Notes: generated from the letters alone by a model not told the origin. DNA of 46,423 nt from Eubacteriales bacterium (GCA_045601445.1 JAZRZQ010000086.1:1-46423); one strand, 5' to 3'. Positions 8,943 to 20,351 are shown, counted from the stretch's first letter. Made by a program: numbers and translations.

Positions 8943-10061
8943 TTATTCTAAATCACCGAGTCCAAGCTCGTCGTCATCTTCCTCCTCGGAATCGAAAAGC
9001 GATTCGGAATTGACCTTTTCATCCGCACCGGACTTCATCATAGCGACTGCCTTTTGAGCGATGTCTTCTGCAATTTCGGGGTGCTCCTTGAGGAAGAGAC
9101 GAACGTTTTCTTTTCCCTGTGCCAATCTCTCGCCTGCGTAGGAGAACCAGCTTCCGCTCTTCTGAATGATCTCATATTTCAGAGCGATCTCAATGATCTC
9201 GCTCTCGCGGGAGATTCCCTGACCGTAGAGAATATCAAACTCGGCCACGCGGAACGGCGGAGCAACCTTGTTCTTGGCGATCTTGCATTTGATGTGGTTG
9301 CCGACCACCTCGCCCTTTTCCTTGAGCTGTTCGCCGCGACGAACGTCGATGCGCACCGAGGAATAGAAGCGAAGAGCGCGGCCGCCCGTGGTGACCTCGG
9401 GGTTGCCGTACATCACACCGACCTTCTCGCGAAGCTGGTTGATGAAGATGAACACGCACTGGCTCTTGGCGATCGCTCCGGAAATCTTACGCAACGCCTG
9501 ACTCATCAGTCTTGCCTGCACGCCGACCGAGGACTGCCCCATTTCCCCTTCGATCTCACTACGGGGAACCAGAGCGGCTACCGAATCGACGACGATAACG
9601 TCGATCGCGTCGGTACGAACCAGCGCTTCGGCAATTTCAAGCGCCTGTTCACCGCTGTCGGGCTGAGAGACGAGAAGATTGTCGGTATCGACGCCGAGTG
9701 CCTTTGCATAAACCGGATCGAGCGCGTGCTCCGCGTCGATGAAGGCAGCGGCACCGCCCGCCTTTTGAGCGGATGCGATGACTTGCAGGGCGACGGTGGT
9801 TTTACCGGAAGATTCAGGTCCGTAGATCTCGACGATTCTTCCTCTCGGAACACCGCCGATGCCGAGGGCGAGGTCAAGCGAAAGCGACCCCGTGGAAATG
9901 GCGCTGACGTTCATCGTGGAATTTTCGCCAAGCTTCATAATCGAGCCTTTGCCGTATTTCTTTTCAATCTGTCCCATTGCCGTCTGGATGGCCTTCAGCT
10001 TGCCCTCCTGTGCGGCGGTGGCTGCATTTGCCTTGGTGTTTTTTTCACTTGCTTTTGCCAT
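8943..10061 (-). CDS. recA: Recombinase RecA
   Basis: 372 aa. It has the Walker A motif GPESSGKTT and FIDAEHALD, with an acidic C-terminal tail. Confidence 0.97.
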   Translation of the reverse strand: MAKASEKNTKANAATAAQEGKLKAIQTAMGQIEKKYGKGSIMKLGENSTMNVSAISTGSLSLDLALGIGGVPRGRIVEIYGPESSGKTTVALQVIASAQKAGGAAAFIDAEHALDPVYAKALGVDTDNLLVSQPDSGEQALEIAEALVRTDAIDVIVVDSVAALVPRSEIEGEMGQSSVGVQARLMSQALRKISGAIAKSQCVFIFINQLREKVGVMYGNPEVTTGGRALRFYSSVRIDVRRGEQLKEKGEVVGNHIKCKIAKNKVAPPFRVAEFDILYGQGISRESEIIEIALKYEIIQKSGSWFSYAGERLAQGKENVRLFLKEHPEIAEDIAQKAVAMMKSGADEKVNSESLFDSEEEDDDELGLGDLE

Positions 10062-10110
10062 ATCAACCTATCCTTCCACATCAATAATACTCCAAGGGTA
10101 TCTTATCGTA

Positions 10111-10140
10111 ATTATAGCACGAAAGCCTCCTCTTTTGCAA
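10111..10140 (-). promoter_or_regulatory. Sigma-A-like promoter for recA (extended -10)
   Basis: Minus strand: TTGCAA, 18-nt spacer, TGcTATAAT. It lies about 50 nt upstream of the recA ATG. Confidence 0.6.
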
Positions 10141-10180
10141 GTAATTTTTTGCAGAAGATGAGGCTTTTTTGTTGTTTTTT
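10125..10180. terminator. Long hairpin between prmC and recA (terminator-like; the better U-tract is on the plus strand)
   Basis: A ~16-bp stem (10125..10140 pairs with 10149..10164, with one mismatch and one G-U). On the plus strand it is followed by TTTTTTGTTGTTTTTTTT. On the minus strand (the prmC sense strand) it is followed only by UUU. Confidence 0.5.
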
Positions 10181-11029
10181 TTAATTCTTTGACGCCGGAA
10201 GAAAAAAGGCTCTCGGAAGGTCGGAAAAATCGCGGTAAAAGGTGGCGTTTTGCCCCTTTGATTCCATCAAAAGACGAAGGGATTCTTCTTGCGTTGCGCC
10301 GAACTCGCAAAGCAGCGAAAAGCTCCCGCTTTGGTGGGCGGCCAGAAGAACGCGGTAGAAATCGAGGCCGTCCGCGCCGCCGAAGAGAGCAAGCGACGGC
10401 TCGCGGCGAACGTTTTCGGGGATGCGCTCCATGTCAAGTGCAGACAGATACGGCGGATTTGCGAGGATGAGTGCGGGGCGCTCCCGATGAACTCTCTCCC
10501 AAAGGGCATCGCCGAGGACGTCGGCCTCGAACACGGCAAAGTCAGCACTCGGAATCAGACGAGAGGCATTGCTTTGAGTAAGCTTTACGGCGATCGGCGA
10601 GAGATCAAACGCGCGGCAGGAAAGGTCGGGACGGGCCGCACAAAGGGAGATGCCGATACAGCCCGAGCCGCAGCAAAGGTCGTACACCAAGGCGTTCTCG
10701 GGAGCAAGACGCACGGCAAGGGAGACGAGAAGCTCCGTCTCGGGACGGGGGATGAGAACACCTCGCTCGAGAGAAAATTCAAGGCCGCAGAAGAACTCGC
10801 TTTTGAGATAATACTGGATCGGCTCGCCGCCGAGCAGGCTTTCGGCGTCCCGCAGGATCGCCTCGCAAAGCGAGGGGGGGACGTCAAAGTCGGGATCGGT
10901 GAGGGGCAGATGCGCCGAAAGGCCGTTTTTTTCAAACAATGCGGAACAAAAAGCCCTTTGAGAAAAGAACGTTTCTTTTTCTTGTGAATAACGCTTTCGC
11001 AGGTGCAGAGACAGCGCGCGAGCGGTCAT
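10181..11029 (-). CDS. prmC: Peptide chain release factor N5-glutamine methyltransferase PrmC/HemK
   Basis: 282 aa. It has the SAM motif VYDLCCGSGCIGISL and the catalytic motif LILANPPYL. Confidence 0.9.
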   Translation of the reverse strand: MTARALSLHLRKRYSQEKETFFSQRAFCSALFEKNGLSAHLPLTDPDFDVPPSLCEAILRDAESLLGGEPIQYYLKSEFFCGLEFSLERGVLIPRPETELLVSLAVRLAPENALVYDLCCGSGCIGISLCAARPDLSCRAFDLSPIAVKLTQSNASRLIPSADFAVFEADVLGDALWERVHRERPALILANPPYLSALDMERIPENVRREPSLALFGGADGLDFYRVLLAAHQSGSFSLLCEFGATQEESLRLLMESKGQNATFYRDFSDLPRAFFLPASKN

Positions 11030-12042
11030 TGCTCCGTCCCCTCCCCTTCTTCGGGAGCGGATGGACTTGTCGGCGCTTCGGATTCCTTCGTTTGGATCCC
11101 CGCGAACACCTCTTCCTCGGGAAATTCGTCGGAGAGAGCAGATTTCAGCGCAACGATGGCGACCTCGATCATATCGTCGGTCGGCTCTTTCGTCGTCAAA
11201 TGCTGCATCCAGATGCCCGGCGCGGTGATGATCCGAATGAAGGCAGAATCGTGACGTCCCGCAAAGCGGATGATCTCATAGCCGAGGCCCATCGTCAGCG
11301 GGAGCAGGAGAATCTTGAAGGCAACGTAAAGAAAACGGTTGGCATTGATGGCGGGAAACAGAATTCCGATCAAAAGGCCGATCACGATGCCGACGATCAT
11401 CATCAGGATCATAAAGCTGGTGCCGCAACGCGGATGAAAGCGGCTTTGCTGACGAACGTTTTCGACGGTCAGCTCAAGCCCTCTCTCGTAGCAAAAGACG
11501 CTCTTGTGCTCCGCGCCGTGGTACATAAAGGTTCGCTTGATGTCCTCCATCAAGGAAACGAGCGCGACGTAAACGAGGAAAATGGCGATGCGAAGCACGC
11601 CCTCAGCGATCTTGCGAGGCACTTCCCACGGGATAAAGCTTGAGGCAAAGGCCGGCAGGATGACGAACAAGAGCACGCTGAGCGCCAGACCGAGAACCGT
11701 GCCGACGGCCATAATGATCCCCGTCAGATTCTTCCCGAAGCGGCGGGTAAGCCACTGTTCGAATTTGCTCTCCTCTTCCTCGATCTCCAGTGCCTCGGCG
11801 GCAAAGCTGAGCGTGGAAAAGGAAAGGATCATACTCTCCACAAAGGAGACGACGCCGCGCACCAAGGGAAGGCGGAAAAAGAAATTTTTCTTCTTGATTT
11901 CGTTCGGATGACTGTCTCGGACAATGCTGCCGTCGGCCTTGCGAACGGCGGTCGTGTAGCTCTTCGGGCCGCGCATCATCACGCCCTCAAGCACGGCTTG
12001 CCCGCCGACCTTACCCAAGCGGGACTGTTTCTTTTCTTCCAT
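11026..12042 (-). CDS. DUF1385-family membrane protein (YqhQ-like)
   Basis: 338 aa. The N-terminus VGGQAVLEGVMMRGP and the motif YHGAEHK, plus several transmembrane (TM) segments, fit this family. Its position upstream of prmC is the usual one. It overlaps prmC by 4 nt. Confidence 0.8.
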   Translation of the reverse strand: MEEKKQSRLGKVGGQAVLEGVMMRGPKSYTTAVRKADGSIVRDSHPNEIKKKNFFFRLPLVRGVVSFVESMILSFSTLSFAAEALEIEEEESKFEQWLTRRFGKNLTGIIMAVGTVLGLALSVLLFVILPAFASSFIPWEVPRKIAEGVLRIAIFLVYVALVSLMEDIKRTFMYHGAEHKSVFCYERGLELTVENVRQQSRFHPRCGTSFMILMMIVGIVIGLLIGILFPAINANRFLYVAFKILLLPLTMGLGYEIIRFAGRHDSAFIRIITAPGIWMQHLTTKEPTDDMIEVAIVALKSALSDEFPEEEVFAGIQTKESEAPTSPSAPEEGEGTEQ

Positions 12043-12050
12043 AAAGCTCC

Positions 12051-12611
12051 TTATTTAAACTGAAGATTGGTGGCAATCGCGGTGGCGTACTCCAGATTGG
12101 CTTCAAACAGCGGAGTCTTTGCGGTGTAGAGCACGGTATAAAGCGTTGCATTGCGCTCAATGAACCAAGCGCGGAAGGTGTATTCCTCTCCCGCAAACAC
12201 GGCGGTAAAGCGAACGCTCATCGCGTCGCATCCGTCGATGGTGAGGTGGTCGCAAAGCGGATTGCCCTCGGGATCGGAGACGACGTTGAGGTTGTTGAAA
12301 TTATCCTTGAACTGCTCGAAATAATACTCCTTGACGTATTGGTCAAAGCTGTTGTACTGCCAGCCCGACATATCGAAGGCGGTAACGCTGACGTTGGAAA
12401 AGTCACGATCGGAAACGTAGGCGCTGACCATTCCCGCGTCGTTGCGATTGAGAATCCACGTTTCGGGATAGTAAAAATAGTAATCCGCGCCTTCGTTCTC
12501 CGCAAGCAAAAAGCCCTCGGGTACGTTGGGGTCACGCTCGGCGCAGGAGACAAGCGAGATCGCCGTGGTCAGAGCGAGCAAAAGACAGATCAGTTTCACA
12601 AATCGTTTCAT
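12051..12611 (-). CDS. Putative lipoprotein, function unknown
   Basis: 186 aa. It has a signal peptide with lipobox (MKRFVKLICLLLALTTAISLVSC). I recognise no family. Confidence 0.65.
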   Translation of the reverse strand: MKRFVKLICLLLALTTAISLVSCAERDPNVPEGFLLAENEGADYYFYYPETWILNRNDAGMVSAYVSDRDFSNVSVTAFDMSGWQYNSFDQYVKEYYFEQFKDNFNNLNVVSDPEGNPLCDHLTIDGCDAMSVRFTAVFAGEEYTFRAWFIERNATLYTVLYTAKTPLFEANLEYATAIATNLQFK

Positions 12612-12636
12612 ATTCGGTTTCCTTTCCTACTAAACG

Positions 12637-13749
12637 TTATATCAGTTGAGTGAGAATTTCGTTGGAGACGAAAAAGCCCTCCGGAGTCAGGGCAAAGCCA
12701 TCTTCGGTATGGCGGGCAAGGCCGCCGCGGATCAGAGCGGGAATCTTTTGCTTAACACGGCGACAAAACGCATCGTCAGAAAGCTCGGCAAGACGCTTCC
12801 AGCTCAAGCCGCGAACGGTTCTCAGAGAGAGCATCAGATACTCGGTGCGAAGATCGTCCCGACCGAGTTTTTCCTTTGATACGATGCAGTCGCAAGCGTG
12901 ATCGGCGGCAAGAAAATCCTCAAGCCGATCCGACATGGCAAAGCGATGGGAGCGATACAAAGAATGCGCCGACGGGCCGATGCCGAGGTAATCCCCGCCC
13001 TGCCAATAACGCAGATTGTGGCGGGAATAGGCTCCGTCTCGGGCGGCATTTGAGATCTCGTACTGCTCAAAGCCCGCGCGACCGAGTCGATCCAGAATGG
13101 CAAAATACATTTCGCGAACGGCCTCCTCGTCGGGAAGCGTATCGGAAACGGCGTAAAGCGGAACGGACTCGGAGAGCGTCAGGCAATAGAAAGAGACGTG
13201 AGACGCGCCGAGAGAGAGTGCCTCATCGACGCTTTTCATCAGCGACGGAAGGGTCTGCCCGGGAAGACCGTACATCAGATCAAGGCTGACGTTGTCAAAG
13301 CCACACGCTCGCGCAAGGCTGACCGCCTCGCGCACGTTTTCGGCACGGTGCAATCTTCCGATGGCCGCAAGCTCGGCATCGACGGCACTCTGCATACCGA
13401 AGCTAATGCGGTTGACGCCGACCGAACGGGCCGTAGACAGAATTTCTTCATTCGCGCTTTCGGGGTTCATTTCCAGCGTGATCTCCGCTTCTGAGGAAAT
13501 GCAAAAGGAGCGGTAGAGCGCGGAAAAGATCTCCCGAAGTCCGAACGGCGTGCAAAGGCTTGGGGTACCGCCGCCGAAATAGACGCTCTCGACCTCTCGC
13601 TCCTCTCCCTCGGAGAGCTGTGTGATCGCGCGGACGAGCGCGGCTTCATACTGCTCGCGCAAAGAGAGCGCGGTGCAGGAATAAAAGTCGCAATAAAGAC
13701 ACTTTCGCCGACAGAAGGGATAGTGCAGATAGATTCCGAGATTATTCAT
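12637..13749 (-). CDS. hemW: Radical SAM heme chaperone HemW (coproporphyrinogen III oxidase-like)
   Basis: 370 aa. It has the motif [16 protein letters not shown] and overlaps the lepA stop by 8 nt, the classic lepA-hemW pair. Confidence 0.88.
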   Translation of the reverse strand: MNNLGIYLHYPFCRRKCLYCDFYSCTALSLREQYEAALVRAITQLSEGEEREVESVYFGGGTPSLCTPFGLREIFSALYRSFCISSEAEITLEMNPESANEEILSTARSVGVNRISFGMQSAVDAELAAIGRLHRAENVREAVSLARACGFDNVSLDLMYGLPGQTLPSLMKSVDEALSLGASHVSFYCLTLSESVPLYAVSDTLPDEEAVREMYFAILDRLGRAGFEQYEISNAARDGAYSRHNLRYWQGGDYLGIGPSAHSLYRSHRFAMSDRLEDFLAADHACDCIVSKEKLGRDDLRTEYLMLSLRTVRGLSWKRLAELSDDAFCRRVKQKIPALIRGGLARHTEDGFALTPEGFFVSNEILTQLI

Positions 13750-15538
13750 CCAGCTTCAACACCGCCATAAAGGCTTCCTGCGGAACCTCCACGCTTCCGA
13801 GAGAGCGCATCTTCTTTTTGCCCTCCTTCTGTTTTTCCAGAAGCTTTTTCTTACGGGTAATATCGCCGCCGTAGCACTTGGCCAAAACGTCCTTACGCAT
13901 TGCCTTGACGGTTTCACGGGCAATAACCTTGCCGCCGATGGCCGCCTGCACGGGGATCTCGAAGAGCTGGCGCGGGATGTTTTCTTTGAGTTTTTCGGCA
14001 ATACGGCGCGCTCTCGGATACGCCTTTTCGCTGTGGACGATGAAGGACAGCGCGTCGACAATATCGCCATTGAGGAGAATGTCGAGCTTCACCAGACGCG
14101 AGGGAACGTATTCCGTTTCGCTGTAATCGAAGGAAGCATAGCCCTTGCTTCGGGATTTGAGCGCATCGAAAAAGTCGTAGACGATCTCGTTGAGCGGGAG
14201 CTTGTAGTGCAGCTCGGTGCGAGTGGGGGTGATGTATTTCATATCGACAAATTCGCCGCGGCGATCCTGACACAGATCCATAATGCCGCCGACAAATTCG
14301 ACCGGCGTGATGATGCTGGCGCGAACGACGGGCTCGTACGCGGTAGCAATATTCTCAACAGCGGGATAATTGGTGGGGTTATCGATATAGACGGTCTCGC
14401 CGCTTGTCAAATCCAATTTGTAAATGACGCTGGGGGCGGTGGTAATCAGATCGAGATTGAATTCCCTCTCCAAGCGCTCCTGAATGACCTCCATATGCAA
14501 AAGGCCGAGGAAGCCGCAACGGTAGCCGAAGCCTAGCGCGGCGCTCGTTTCCGGCTCGAAGGAAAGAGAAGCGTCGTTCAGGCGAAGCTTTTCCAGCGCC
14601 TCGCGCAGATCGTTATAACGTGCGCCGTCTGCGGGATAAATGCCCGAAAAGACGACGGGAAGTGCTTTTTGAAAGCCCTCAAAGGGCTCTTCGGTCGGAC
14701 GTTCTGCCAAGGTGATGGTATCGCCGACGCGAGTTTCCTCGAGCGTTTTGATGGAAGCGGTCAGATAGCCGACCTGACCCGAGGTCAATCGGTCGCAGGG
14801 AGAAAAGCCGAAGGTCTTCATGGTTCCGACCTCGGTGACGTCAAACTCGGCACCCGTACTCATCATACGGATCCGATCGCCCTTGGAGAGCGTCCCCTCA
14901 AAGAGACGGAAATAAACGATGATTCCCTTGTAGGCATCGTAAAACGAGTCGAAGATCAACGCCTTGCAGGGCTTTTCGGGCTCAAGCTTCGGCGCGGGGA
15001 CGTATTCGACGATCGCCTCGAGAACGGTGTCGATATTCAGTCCCGTTTTGGCGGAAACGCAGGGGGCGTAGTCTGCGGGAATGCCGATGACGTCCTCGAT
15101 CTCCGCCTTGACCTTATCGGGATCGGCGGCGGGCAGATCGACCTTGTTAATGATGGGAAGAAGCTCCAGATCGTTGTCCACGGCAAGGTAGGCGTTAGCA
15201 AGAGTCTGCGCCTGAATGCCCTGCGTCGAATCGACGACCAGAAGCGCGCCCTCGCACGCACGAAGGGAGCGGGACACCTCGTAGTTGAAGTCGACGTGAC
15301 CGGGGGTATCGATCAGATTGAACTCGTACTCCTTGCCGTCCTTGGCGGTATAATTCATCGTGACGGCGCGCGCCTTGATGGTGATGCCGCGCTCCTTTTC
15401 CAATTCCATATCGTCCAGAACCTGCGCTTCCATCTCGCGTTTTTCAACCGAGCCGGTCTGTTCCAAAAGACGGTCCGCGAGCGTGGATTTGCCGTGGTCG
15501 ATATGCGCTATGATACAAAAATTGCGAATGTTTTTCAT
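13742..15538 (-). CDS. lepA: Translation elongation factor 4 (LepA)
   Basis: 598 aa. It has the G-domain motifs [16 protein letters not shown] and DTPGHVDF, and the LepA C-terminal region. Confidence 0.97.
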   Translation of the reverse strand: MKNIRNFCIIAHIDHGKSTLADRLLEQTGSVEKREMEAQVLDDMELEKERGITIKARAVTMNYTAKDGKEYEFNLIDTPGHVDFNYEVSRSLRACEGALLVVDSTQGIQAQTLANAYLAVDNDLELLPIINKVDLPAADPDKVKAEIEDVIGIPADYAPCVSAKTGLNIDTVLEAIVEYVPAPKLEPEKPCKALIFDSFYDAYKGIIVYFRLFEGTLSKGDRIRMMSTGAEFDVTEVGTMKTFGFSPCDRLTSGQVGYLTASIKTLEETRVGDTITLAERPTEEPFEGFQKALPVVFSGIYPADGARYNDLREALEKLRLNDASLSFEPETSAALGFGYRCGFLGLLHMEVIQERLEREFNLDLITTAPSVIYKLDLTSGETVYIDNPTNYPAVENIATAYEPVVRASIITPVEFVGGIMDLCQDRRGEFVDMKYITPTRTELHYKLPLNEIVYDFFDALKSRSKGYASFDYSETEYVPSRLVKLDILLNGDIVDALSFIVHSEKAYPRARRIAEKLKENIPRQLFEIPVQAAIGGKVIARETVKAMRKDVLAKCYGGDITRKKKLLEKQKEGKKKMRSLGSVEVPQEAFMAVLKLDE

Positions 15539-15545
15539 ATAGTTT

Positions 15546-16016
15546 TCAGTCCCGATCGGATAATTTAATCACGCGGCGGTTTTCCCTTTCCAGATCCTTT
15601 TTCAGTGCGCTTTCGCGCTTGTCATAGAGCTTTTTACCGCGACAGACGCCGATCTCCACCTTGACTCTTCCCCGCTTAAGATAAAGCGAGAGCGGAACGA
15701 GCGTGTAGCCGTCACGCTGGGATAAGGCTTGCAGCTTTAAGATTTCCTTTTTGTGCATCAAAAGCTTCCGCTCGCGAAGCGGATCGCGGTTGAAGATATT
15801 TCCTTTTTCGTAGGGGCTGATATGAATGCCCTTGGCAAACAATTCCCCCTCGGAGATGACAAGGTAGGAATCCTTGAGATTGACCGTACCCTGCCGAATG
15901 GATTTGACCTCTGTGCCAAACAGCTCGATCCCCGCCTCATAGCGCTCCTCCACGAAATAGTCGTGAAAGGCCTTGCGGTTGGAAGCGACGGTTTTGGCGG
16001 CATCATTCTTCTGCAT
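15546..16016 (-). CDS. smpB: SsrA-binding protein SmpB
   Basis: 156 aa. It contains [27 protein letters not shown] and a basic C-terminal tail. Confidence 0.95.
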   Translation of the reverse strand: MQKNDAAKTVASNRKAFHDYFVEERYEAGIELFGTEVKSIRQGTVNLKDSYLVISEGELFAKGIHISPYEKGNIFNRDPLRERKLLMHKKEILKLQALSQRDGYTLVPLSLYLKRGRVKVEIGVCRGKKLYDKRESALKKDLERENRRVIKLSDRD

Positions 16017-17316
16017 GGTTTTCCTCTTGTAACAACGCCTCGGCGCGATCGCTGGGCAAAACGGATACTTCTTTGAGCTTTCTGCGGATCTGACGGGTAC
16101 GCGTACCGACCAGCTTTTCCAGATCGTCGTTGGCGAGATTTAAGCGGCGTTGTGTATCGAGAAGAACCGCTTCAAATTTTTCAAACTCGGTACGAACGGC
16201 CCCGAGCACCTCCCACACCTCACTGCTTCGTTTCTGAATGGCAAGCGTGCGAAAGCCCGTTTGCAGAGAATTGAGAAGCGCCGCCATCGTAGTCGGGCCG
16301 GCAAGATTGATCTTATAGCTGCGTTGCAGTACCTCAACCAGTCCCATCCGAACGACCTCGGCATACAGCCCCTCCGTCGGAAGGAAGAGAATGGCAAAGT
16401 CGGTCGTGGAAGGCGGAGAGACGTATTTGGTGTGAATGTCCTTGGCAAAGAGCTTGATGCTCCGTTCCAGCGCCGTGCGGGCTTCCTTGACGCGCTCGGG
16501 ATTGGCCTCCTCGTAGGCGTCCTGCAGGGCAAGATACGATTCAACCGGAAACTTGGAGTCGATCGGCAGATAAACGCTTCCCGCACCTTCTCCGGGGAGC
16601 TTGACGGCAAATTCCACTCGGTCGCGACTGCCGGGGACGGTGGCAATATCCGTCTCATACTGCTCGGGGGCAAGGATTTCCTCTAAAATGGCACCAAGCT
16701 GGTATTCCCCGAGTATGCCGCGGGCTTTGACGTTGGAGAGAACCTTTTTCAGATCGCCGACGCCGCTGGCGAGGGTCTGCATTTCTCCCAAGCCCTGATA
16801 CACCTGCTTCAGACGGTCACTGACCTCCTTAAAGGAGCGAGTGATGCGATCCTCGAGCGTGGATTGAAGCTTTTCCTCGACGCTGCTTCGAATCTCGGAG
16901 AGGCTTTTTTCGTTGCTTTGACGAAGATCGGCAAGCTTCTGATCCACCGTGGCGCGGAGAGCTTCGGCATTTTTTTCCTGAAAGGCGTTCATCTGAGCCA
17001 TTCTCTCGTCCATCGCGGTAAGAGAATGTTTCAAATTGGCGCTCAGATCCGCGATGCGCTGATCCTGACGGGAAAAGATCTCGCTTTGTCCCTCTCTCAT
17101 CGAGCGGGAAAACGCCTGCAAGGACGAGGAAGTCTCCTCGCTGATCTCCCGACGAACGGCGGAAAGACTGCGCTCCATTCTCTCAAAAGAGCGTTCCATC
17201 TGCTCTGTGGAGACGGCTTGAGAAGCCGTACGGGAACGAAGCAGCAGAGCAATCGCCAAGCCGATGACGATCAGCAAGAGCACGCAAAGCACGATGAGAT
17301 AAATTTCGGTGGTCAT
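16003..17316 (-). CDS. rmuC: DNA recombination protein RmuC
   Basis: I use ATG at 17316 ([17 protein letters not shown].., an N-terminal TM segment with an AAAGGA SD 6 nt upstream) rather than the 499-aa track ORF, whose extra N-terminus overlaps mltG. The protein has a coiled-coil followed by the RmuC nuclease-like region ([15 protein letters not shown]). Confidence 0.85.
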   Translation of the reverse strand: MTTEIYLIVLCVLLLIVIGLAIALLLRSRTASQAVSTEQMERSFERMERSLSAVRREISEETSSSLQAFSRSMREGQSEIFSRQDQRIADLSANLKHSLTAMDERMAQMNAFQEKNAEALRATVDQKLADLRQSNEKSLSEIRSSVEEKLQSTLEDRITRSFKEVSDRLKQVYQGLGEMQTLASGVGDLKKVLSNVKARGILGEYQLGAILEEILAPEQYETDIATVPGSRDRVEFAVKLPGEGAGSVYLPIDSKFPVESYLALQDAYEEANPERVKEARTALERSIKLFAKDIHTKYVSPPSTTDFAILFLPTEGLYAEVVRMGLVEVLQRSYKINLAGPTTMAALLNSLQTGFRTLAIQKRSSEVWEVLGAVRTEFEKFEAVLLDTQRRLNLANDDLEKLVGTRTRQIRRKLKEVSVLPSDRAEALLQEENHAEE

Positions 17317-17344
17317 AACAATCCTTTCGATCGGACGCAGGGGA

Positions 17345-18820
17345 TCAGTCGACGCTGGTTCCCTGCTGTTTTGCCTGCGCCACGGCGGCGACGTTTCTCT
17401 TATGCTCGGGCTGCGATTTGGCAAAGAGAGTCGATCCGTCGGTGTCGGCAACGAAGAAGTAGTACGAATGACTTTCGGGGTAAAGCGCGGCCATAATGGC
17501 ATCCCACCCCGGATTGCAGACGGCAGAGGGAGTCAGTCCCTCGTAGATATAGGTATTATACGGGCTGTCGATCTCCAAATCTGCATAAGTGAGATTCTCC
17601 TTGCGCTCGGGCAGACAATACTGCACCGTCGCATCGGACTCGAGCTTTTTCAGATCGCGGGATTTCATACGGTTATGGAATACACCGGAGATCGGATAAA
17701 ACTCCGCCGAGATTTTTCCTTCCGCCTGCACGATGGAAGCCAGCGTAATCAGCTGATCGAGGTTCATTCCGAGCTCGTCCAGTCGGGGATAGTAATCCTC
17801 CTCGAAGCGAGCCTGAAAGGCGGCAAGCATTTTATCAACGATGGCGATCTCCTTCGAGTCGGTATAAAACTCGTAGGTATCGGGGAAGAGATAGCCCTCG
17901 AGGCGGTATTTTCGGTTGGGAGAGAGCGTGATGGCGTTGAGCTTTTCCATAAAGAGATAATCGTACGGATAGTTCTGAATGGCATCGACAAAGCCCTCGC
18001 GCGTGCCCATTCCCTTGGAGATAAAGTGGTCGATGATCTCGTCAACCGTGTAACCCTCGGGGATTGTGATGGTGATGACCTGTCTGGTCTTACGATCCTT
18101 AATCAGAGAAACAAGCTGGTCGTAATTGAGGGTGCTTCTCAGCTCGTATTCCCCTGCTTTGAAGGTCAAGGCCTTTTCCGCGTCACGGTTTTTATAGCCG
18201 ATATACATACGGAAAATCGAGGGATATTCAATAATTCCGTGGTCGGCAAAAATATCTGCTACCTCGGAGATGGTTGCATTTTCGGGGATCGTGACCGTCG
18301 CGACGATCTCATCCTTGACCAGCGCGAAGATATCGTTGGCCCAGCGAATGCCTACGACCGACAAAATGGCGGAAATGCCGACCACGACGGCCATATATAC
18401 CAGCGTCCGCACAACGGTCGCGCGAAAGGAATCCTTCCAGGCTGCGCCTTTTTCGGTTGCCGTTTGCGTTTTGTCCGCACTTCGACGGGGCGCAGGAGCA
18501 GCCTTTTTCTCGGATGTCGGAGAAGGAACCTTGATACCGACGGCACTTCCGACGCGGGTCTCCTGCGCTTTTTGCGCCGAGGAGGTCTTTTGCGTAACGG
18601 AAGCTGCGGGAATGGCGCGGGTGCGCTCACCGGTTCCGGAAGGCTCCTTTCCCTGCGCGGCTCGCGCGGGGGCAGGCTTTGGCGGATGGGCAGGCTTTGA
18701 CGCCGGTGTCGGCGCGGAAGCGGACGACTCCTTTTTCGGTTCTTCCTTCTTCTTCGGAGAGACCAGAATGTCGATGGTATTTTCTTTATTCATCGAGCTG
18801 CGCTCTTTTTCGTCGTTCAT
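17345..18820 (-). CDS. mltG: Endolytic murein transglycosylase MltG (YceG-like) with a long disordered N-terminus
   Basis: 491 aa. About 140 aa of K/P/A/S-rich sequence is followed by one TM segment and a YceG domain (IPEGYTVDEI, LASIVQAEGK, PYNTY). Confidence 0.88.
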   Translation of the reverse strand: MNDEKERSSMNKENTIDILVSPKKKEEPKKESSASAPTPASKPAHPPKPAPARAAQGKEPSGTGERTRAIPAASVTQKTSSAQKAQETRVGSAVGIKVPSPTSEKKAAPAPRRSADKTQTATEKGAAWKDSFRATVVRTLVYMAVVVGISAILSVVGIRWANDIFALVKDEIVATVTIPENATISEVADIFADHGIIEYPSIFRMYIGYKNRDAEKALTFKAGEYELRSTLNYDQLVSLIKDRKTRQVITITIPEGYTVDEIIDHFISKGMGTREGFVDAIQNYPYDYLFMEKLNAITLSPNRKYRLEGYLFPDTYEFYTDSKEIAIVDKMLAAFQARFEEDYYPRLDELGMNLDQLITLASIVQAEGKISAEFYPISGVFHNRMKSRDLKKLESDATVQYCLPERKENLTYADLEIDSPYNTYIYEGLTPSAVCNPGWDAIMAALYPESHSYYFFVADTDGSTLFAKSQPEHKRNVAAVAQAKQQGTSVD

Positions 18821-18834
18821 TTCATAACCTCATT

Positions 18835-19803
18835 TCATTGGCCAAATAGATCCAGCGCCAGACAAACAAAAGCGGCGCAGGACACTAAAAAAGCGGGCGA
18901 AAGATAAATTTCCTTGAAATTGGAGAAACGTTTTTCCCAAGCGGAGCGGAGATTTTCCTCCGCGCGCTTTTCATCGGCCTCTTCCAATTCCTTTCTGAGA
19001 AGCTCCTTGCGGCTTCGAAGCATCTCATCGTAGACGCGATCCTGATAGATCTGCTCGAGGCGGGAAAACATCAGATAAAACAAGAACAGGAACAGGGCGA
19101 TCAGAAGATACGGCAGAAGAGGACTCTTTCCTGCCTGACGCAGATAATCCACCACGCCCGCGTGTATATAATAAGCGGACAAGTTGAAGAGAATGTGAAG
19201 AATGAGCGTGGGGACGATGGAGCGGGACACGGAGGCGATCAAGGCGAACATCACTCCGACAAACAAATAGAAGAAAAAATTCTCAAAGGAAAGATGTGCC
19301 ATCGCACTCATCAGCGCGCTGATGCCGACGGACCAAGCCATTCCATAGGAAGCGTATTCCTCCAAAAGAACGCCGCGAAAGAGGATCTCCTCCAAAAAGG
19401 CGGGCAAGATGGCGTTGCCGAACAAAAACAGGAAGATATTGTCGCTTTCGACCTCGAGCGGCATCACCGAGGGGGTGTCGATCATCGCGGAATCGAACCA
19501 GAAGAGGCCCGCGTAGCGAAGCAGGATCACACCGAGGGCAAAGATCGCACTCAATATAGCCAAAAAAGAGATCTTGTTCGGCGCGACGTACGAAAATTTC
19601 AAGGTGGTAACGGGATTGAGATTGCGCACCCGATAGTAAAAAGCAAGCGGGATGAGATAGACCGCAAGGCGAATGAGCATCGCCGTGAGAAAGGAGTTTT
19701 CCGAAAGGCGAGCCGCCAAATGAACCAGAGTCTCGCTCATTCCGACCAAAATCATAATGACGGAAAACAAAATCGGTGCGTACAAATTGGCCTTCAGTTT
19801 CAC
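18835..19803 (-). CDS. CPBP-family intramembrane glutamic endopeptidase (CAAX protease-like)
   Basis: 322 aa, polytopic membrane protein. It has the motifs EEILFRGVLLEE, MSAMAHLSFEN and HILFNL. Confidence 0.8.
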   Translation of the reverse strand: MKLKANLYAPILFSVIMILVGMSETLVHLAARLSENSFLTAMLIRLAVYLIPLAFYYRVRNLNPVTTLKFSYVAPNKISFLAILSAIFALGVILLRYAGLFWFDSAMIDTPSVMPLEVESDNIFLFLFGNAILPAFLEEILFRGVLLEEYASYGMAWSVGISALMSAMAHLSFENFFFYLFVGVMFALIASVSRSIVPTLILHILFNLSAYYIHAGVVDYLRQAGKSPLLPYLLIALFLFLFYLMFSRLEQIYQDRVYDEMLRSRKELLRKELEEADEKRAEENLRSAWEKRFSNFKEIYLSPAFLVSCAAFVCLALDLFGQ

Positions 19804-20351
19804 CTTTGTTCTCCCTCAAAGCACATAGCGAAGCGAAGCTGATCGCTCAATTCTTTCCCTTTCAAAAGAGAAAGAAGCGCAAAGCCGAAATCGGCGGCCG
19901 TTCCCGCACCGCGAGAGGTGATGACGTTGCCGTCGATCACAACGGCACTTTTCGATACCTCGCGACAGCGCATTTCCTTTTCCATACCGGGGTACACCGT
20001 GGCGATCTTGTCCTTGGTCAGTCCCAGATCGGAAAGAACCGTCGGAGCGGCGCAGATGGCGGCAACGAGCCCGCCGCGACGGGCGTGCTCCTGCAGATAA
20101 AAGCGCAGTCTGGCACAGCCCTTTAAATTCAGCGTTCCGGGCATTCCGCCGGGAAGGATGAGAAGACGCTCGGTGCCGCGAAGGGAAGTGAGCGTCCGAT
20201 CGCAAACGAAGGGAATGCCGTGTGCGCCCGTGACGGTGAGCGAGTCGGTGATGCTGCAAACGCACACCTCGACGCCGCCGCGACGGAGAATGTCGATCGG
20301 CGTGACGGCTTCGATCTCCTCAAAGCCCTCCGCCAAAAATACCGTTACCAT
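19800..20351 (-). CDS. DJ-1/PfpI family protein
   Basis: I use ATG at 20351 (MVTVFLAEGFEEIE.., AAGGAG SD 8 nt upstream). The nucleophile-elbow motif AAICAAP is present. It overlaps the CPBP gene by 4 nt. Confidence 0.85.
   Translation of the reverse strand: MVTVFLAEGFEEIEAVTPIDILRRGGVEVCVCSITDSLTVTGAHGIPFVCDRTLTSLRGTERLLILPGGMPGTLNLKGCARLRFYLQEHARRGGLVAAICAAPTVLSDLGLTKDKIATVYPGMEKEMRCREVSKSAVVIDGNVITSRGAGTAADFGFALLSLLKGKELSDQLRFAMCFEGEQR

Noticed and set aside
16003-17502. N-terminally extended track ORFs: rmuC 499 aa, ytvI-like 507 aa (21482..), dprA 495 aa (..41803), leuS 834 aa (..30263), rpsF 117 aa, rpsU 89 aa, topA GTG 40319, DJ-1 194 aa and tmk-like 228 aa.
   Set aside because: The extensions overlap upstream genes or spacers, lack SD sequences and read as non-protein-like R/P/S-rich sequence. 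Internal ATGs with good SDs give the canonical conserved N-termini.
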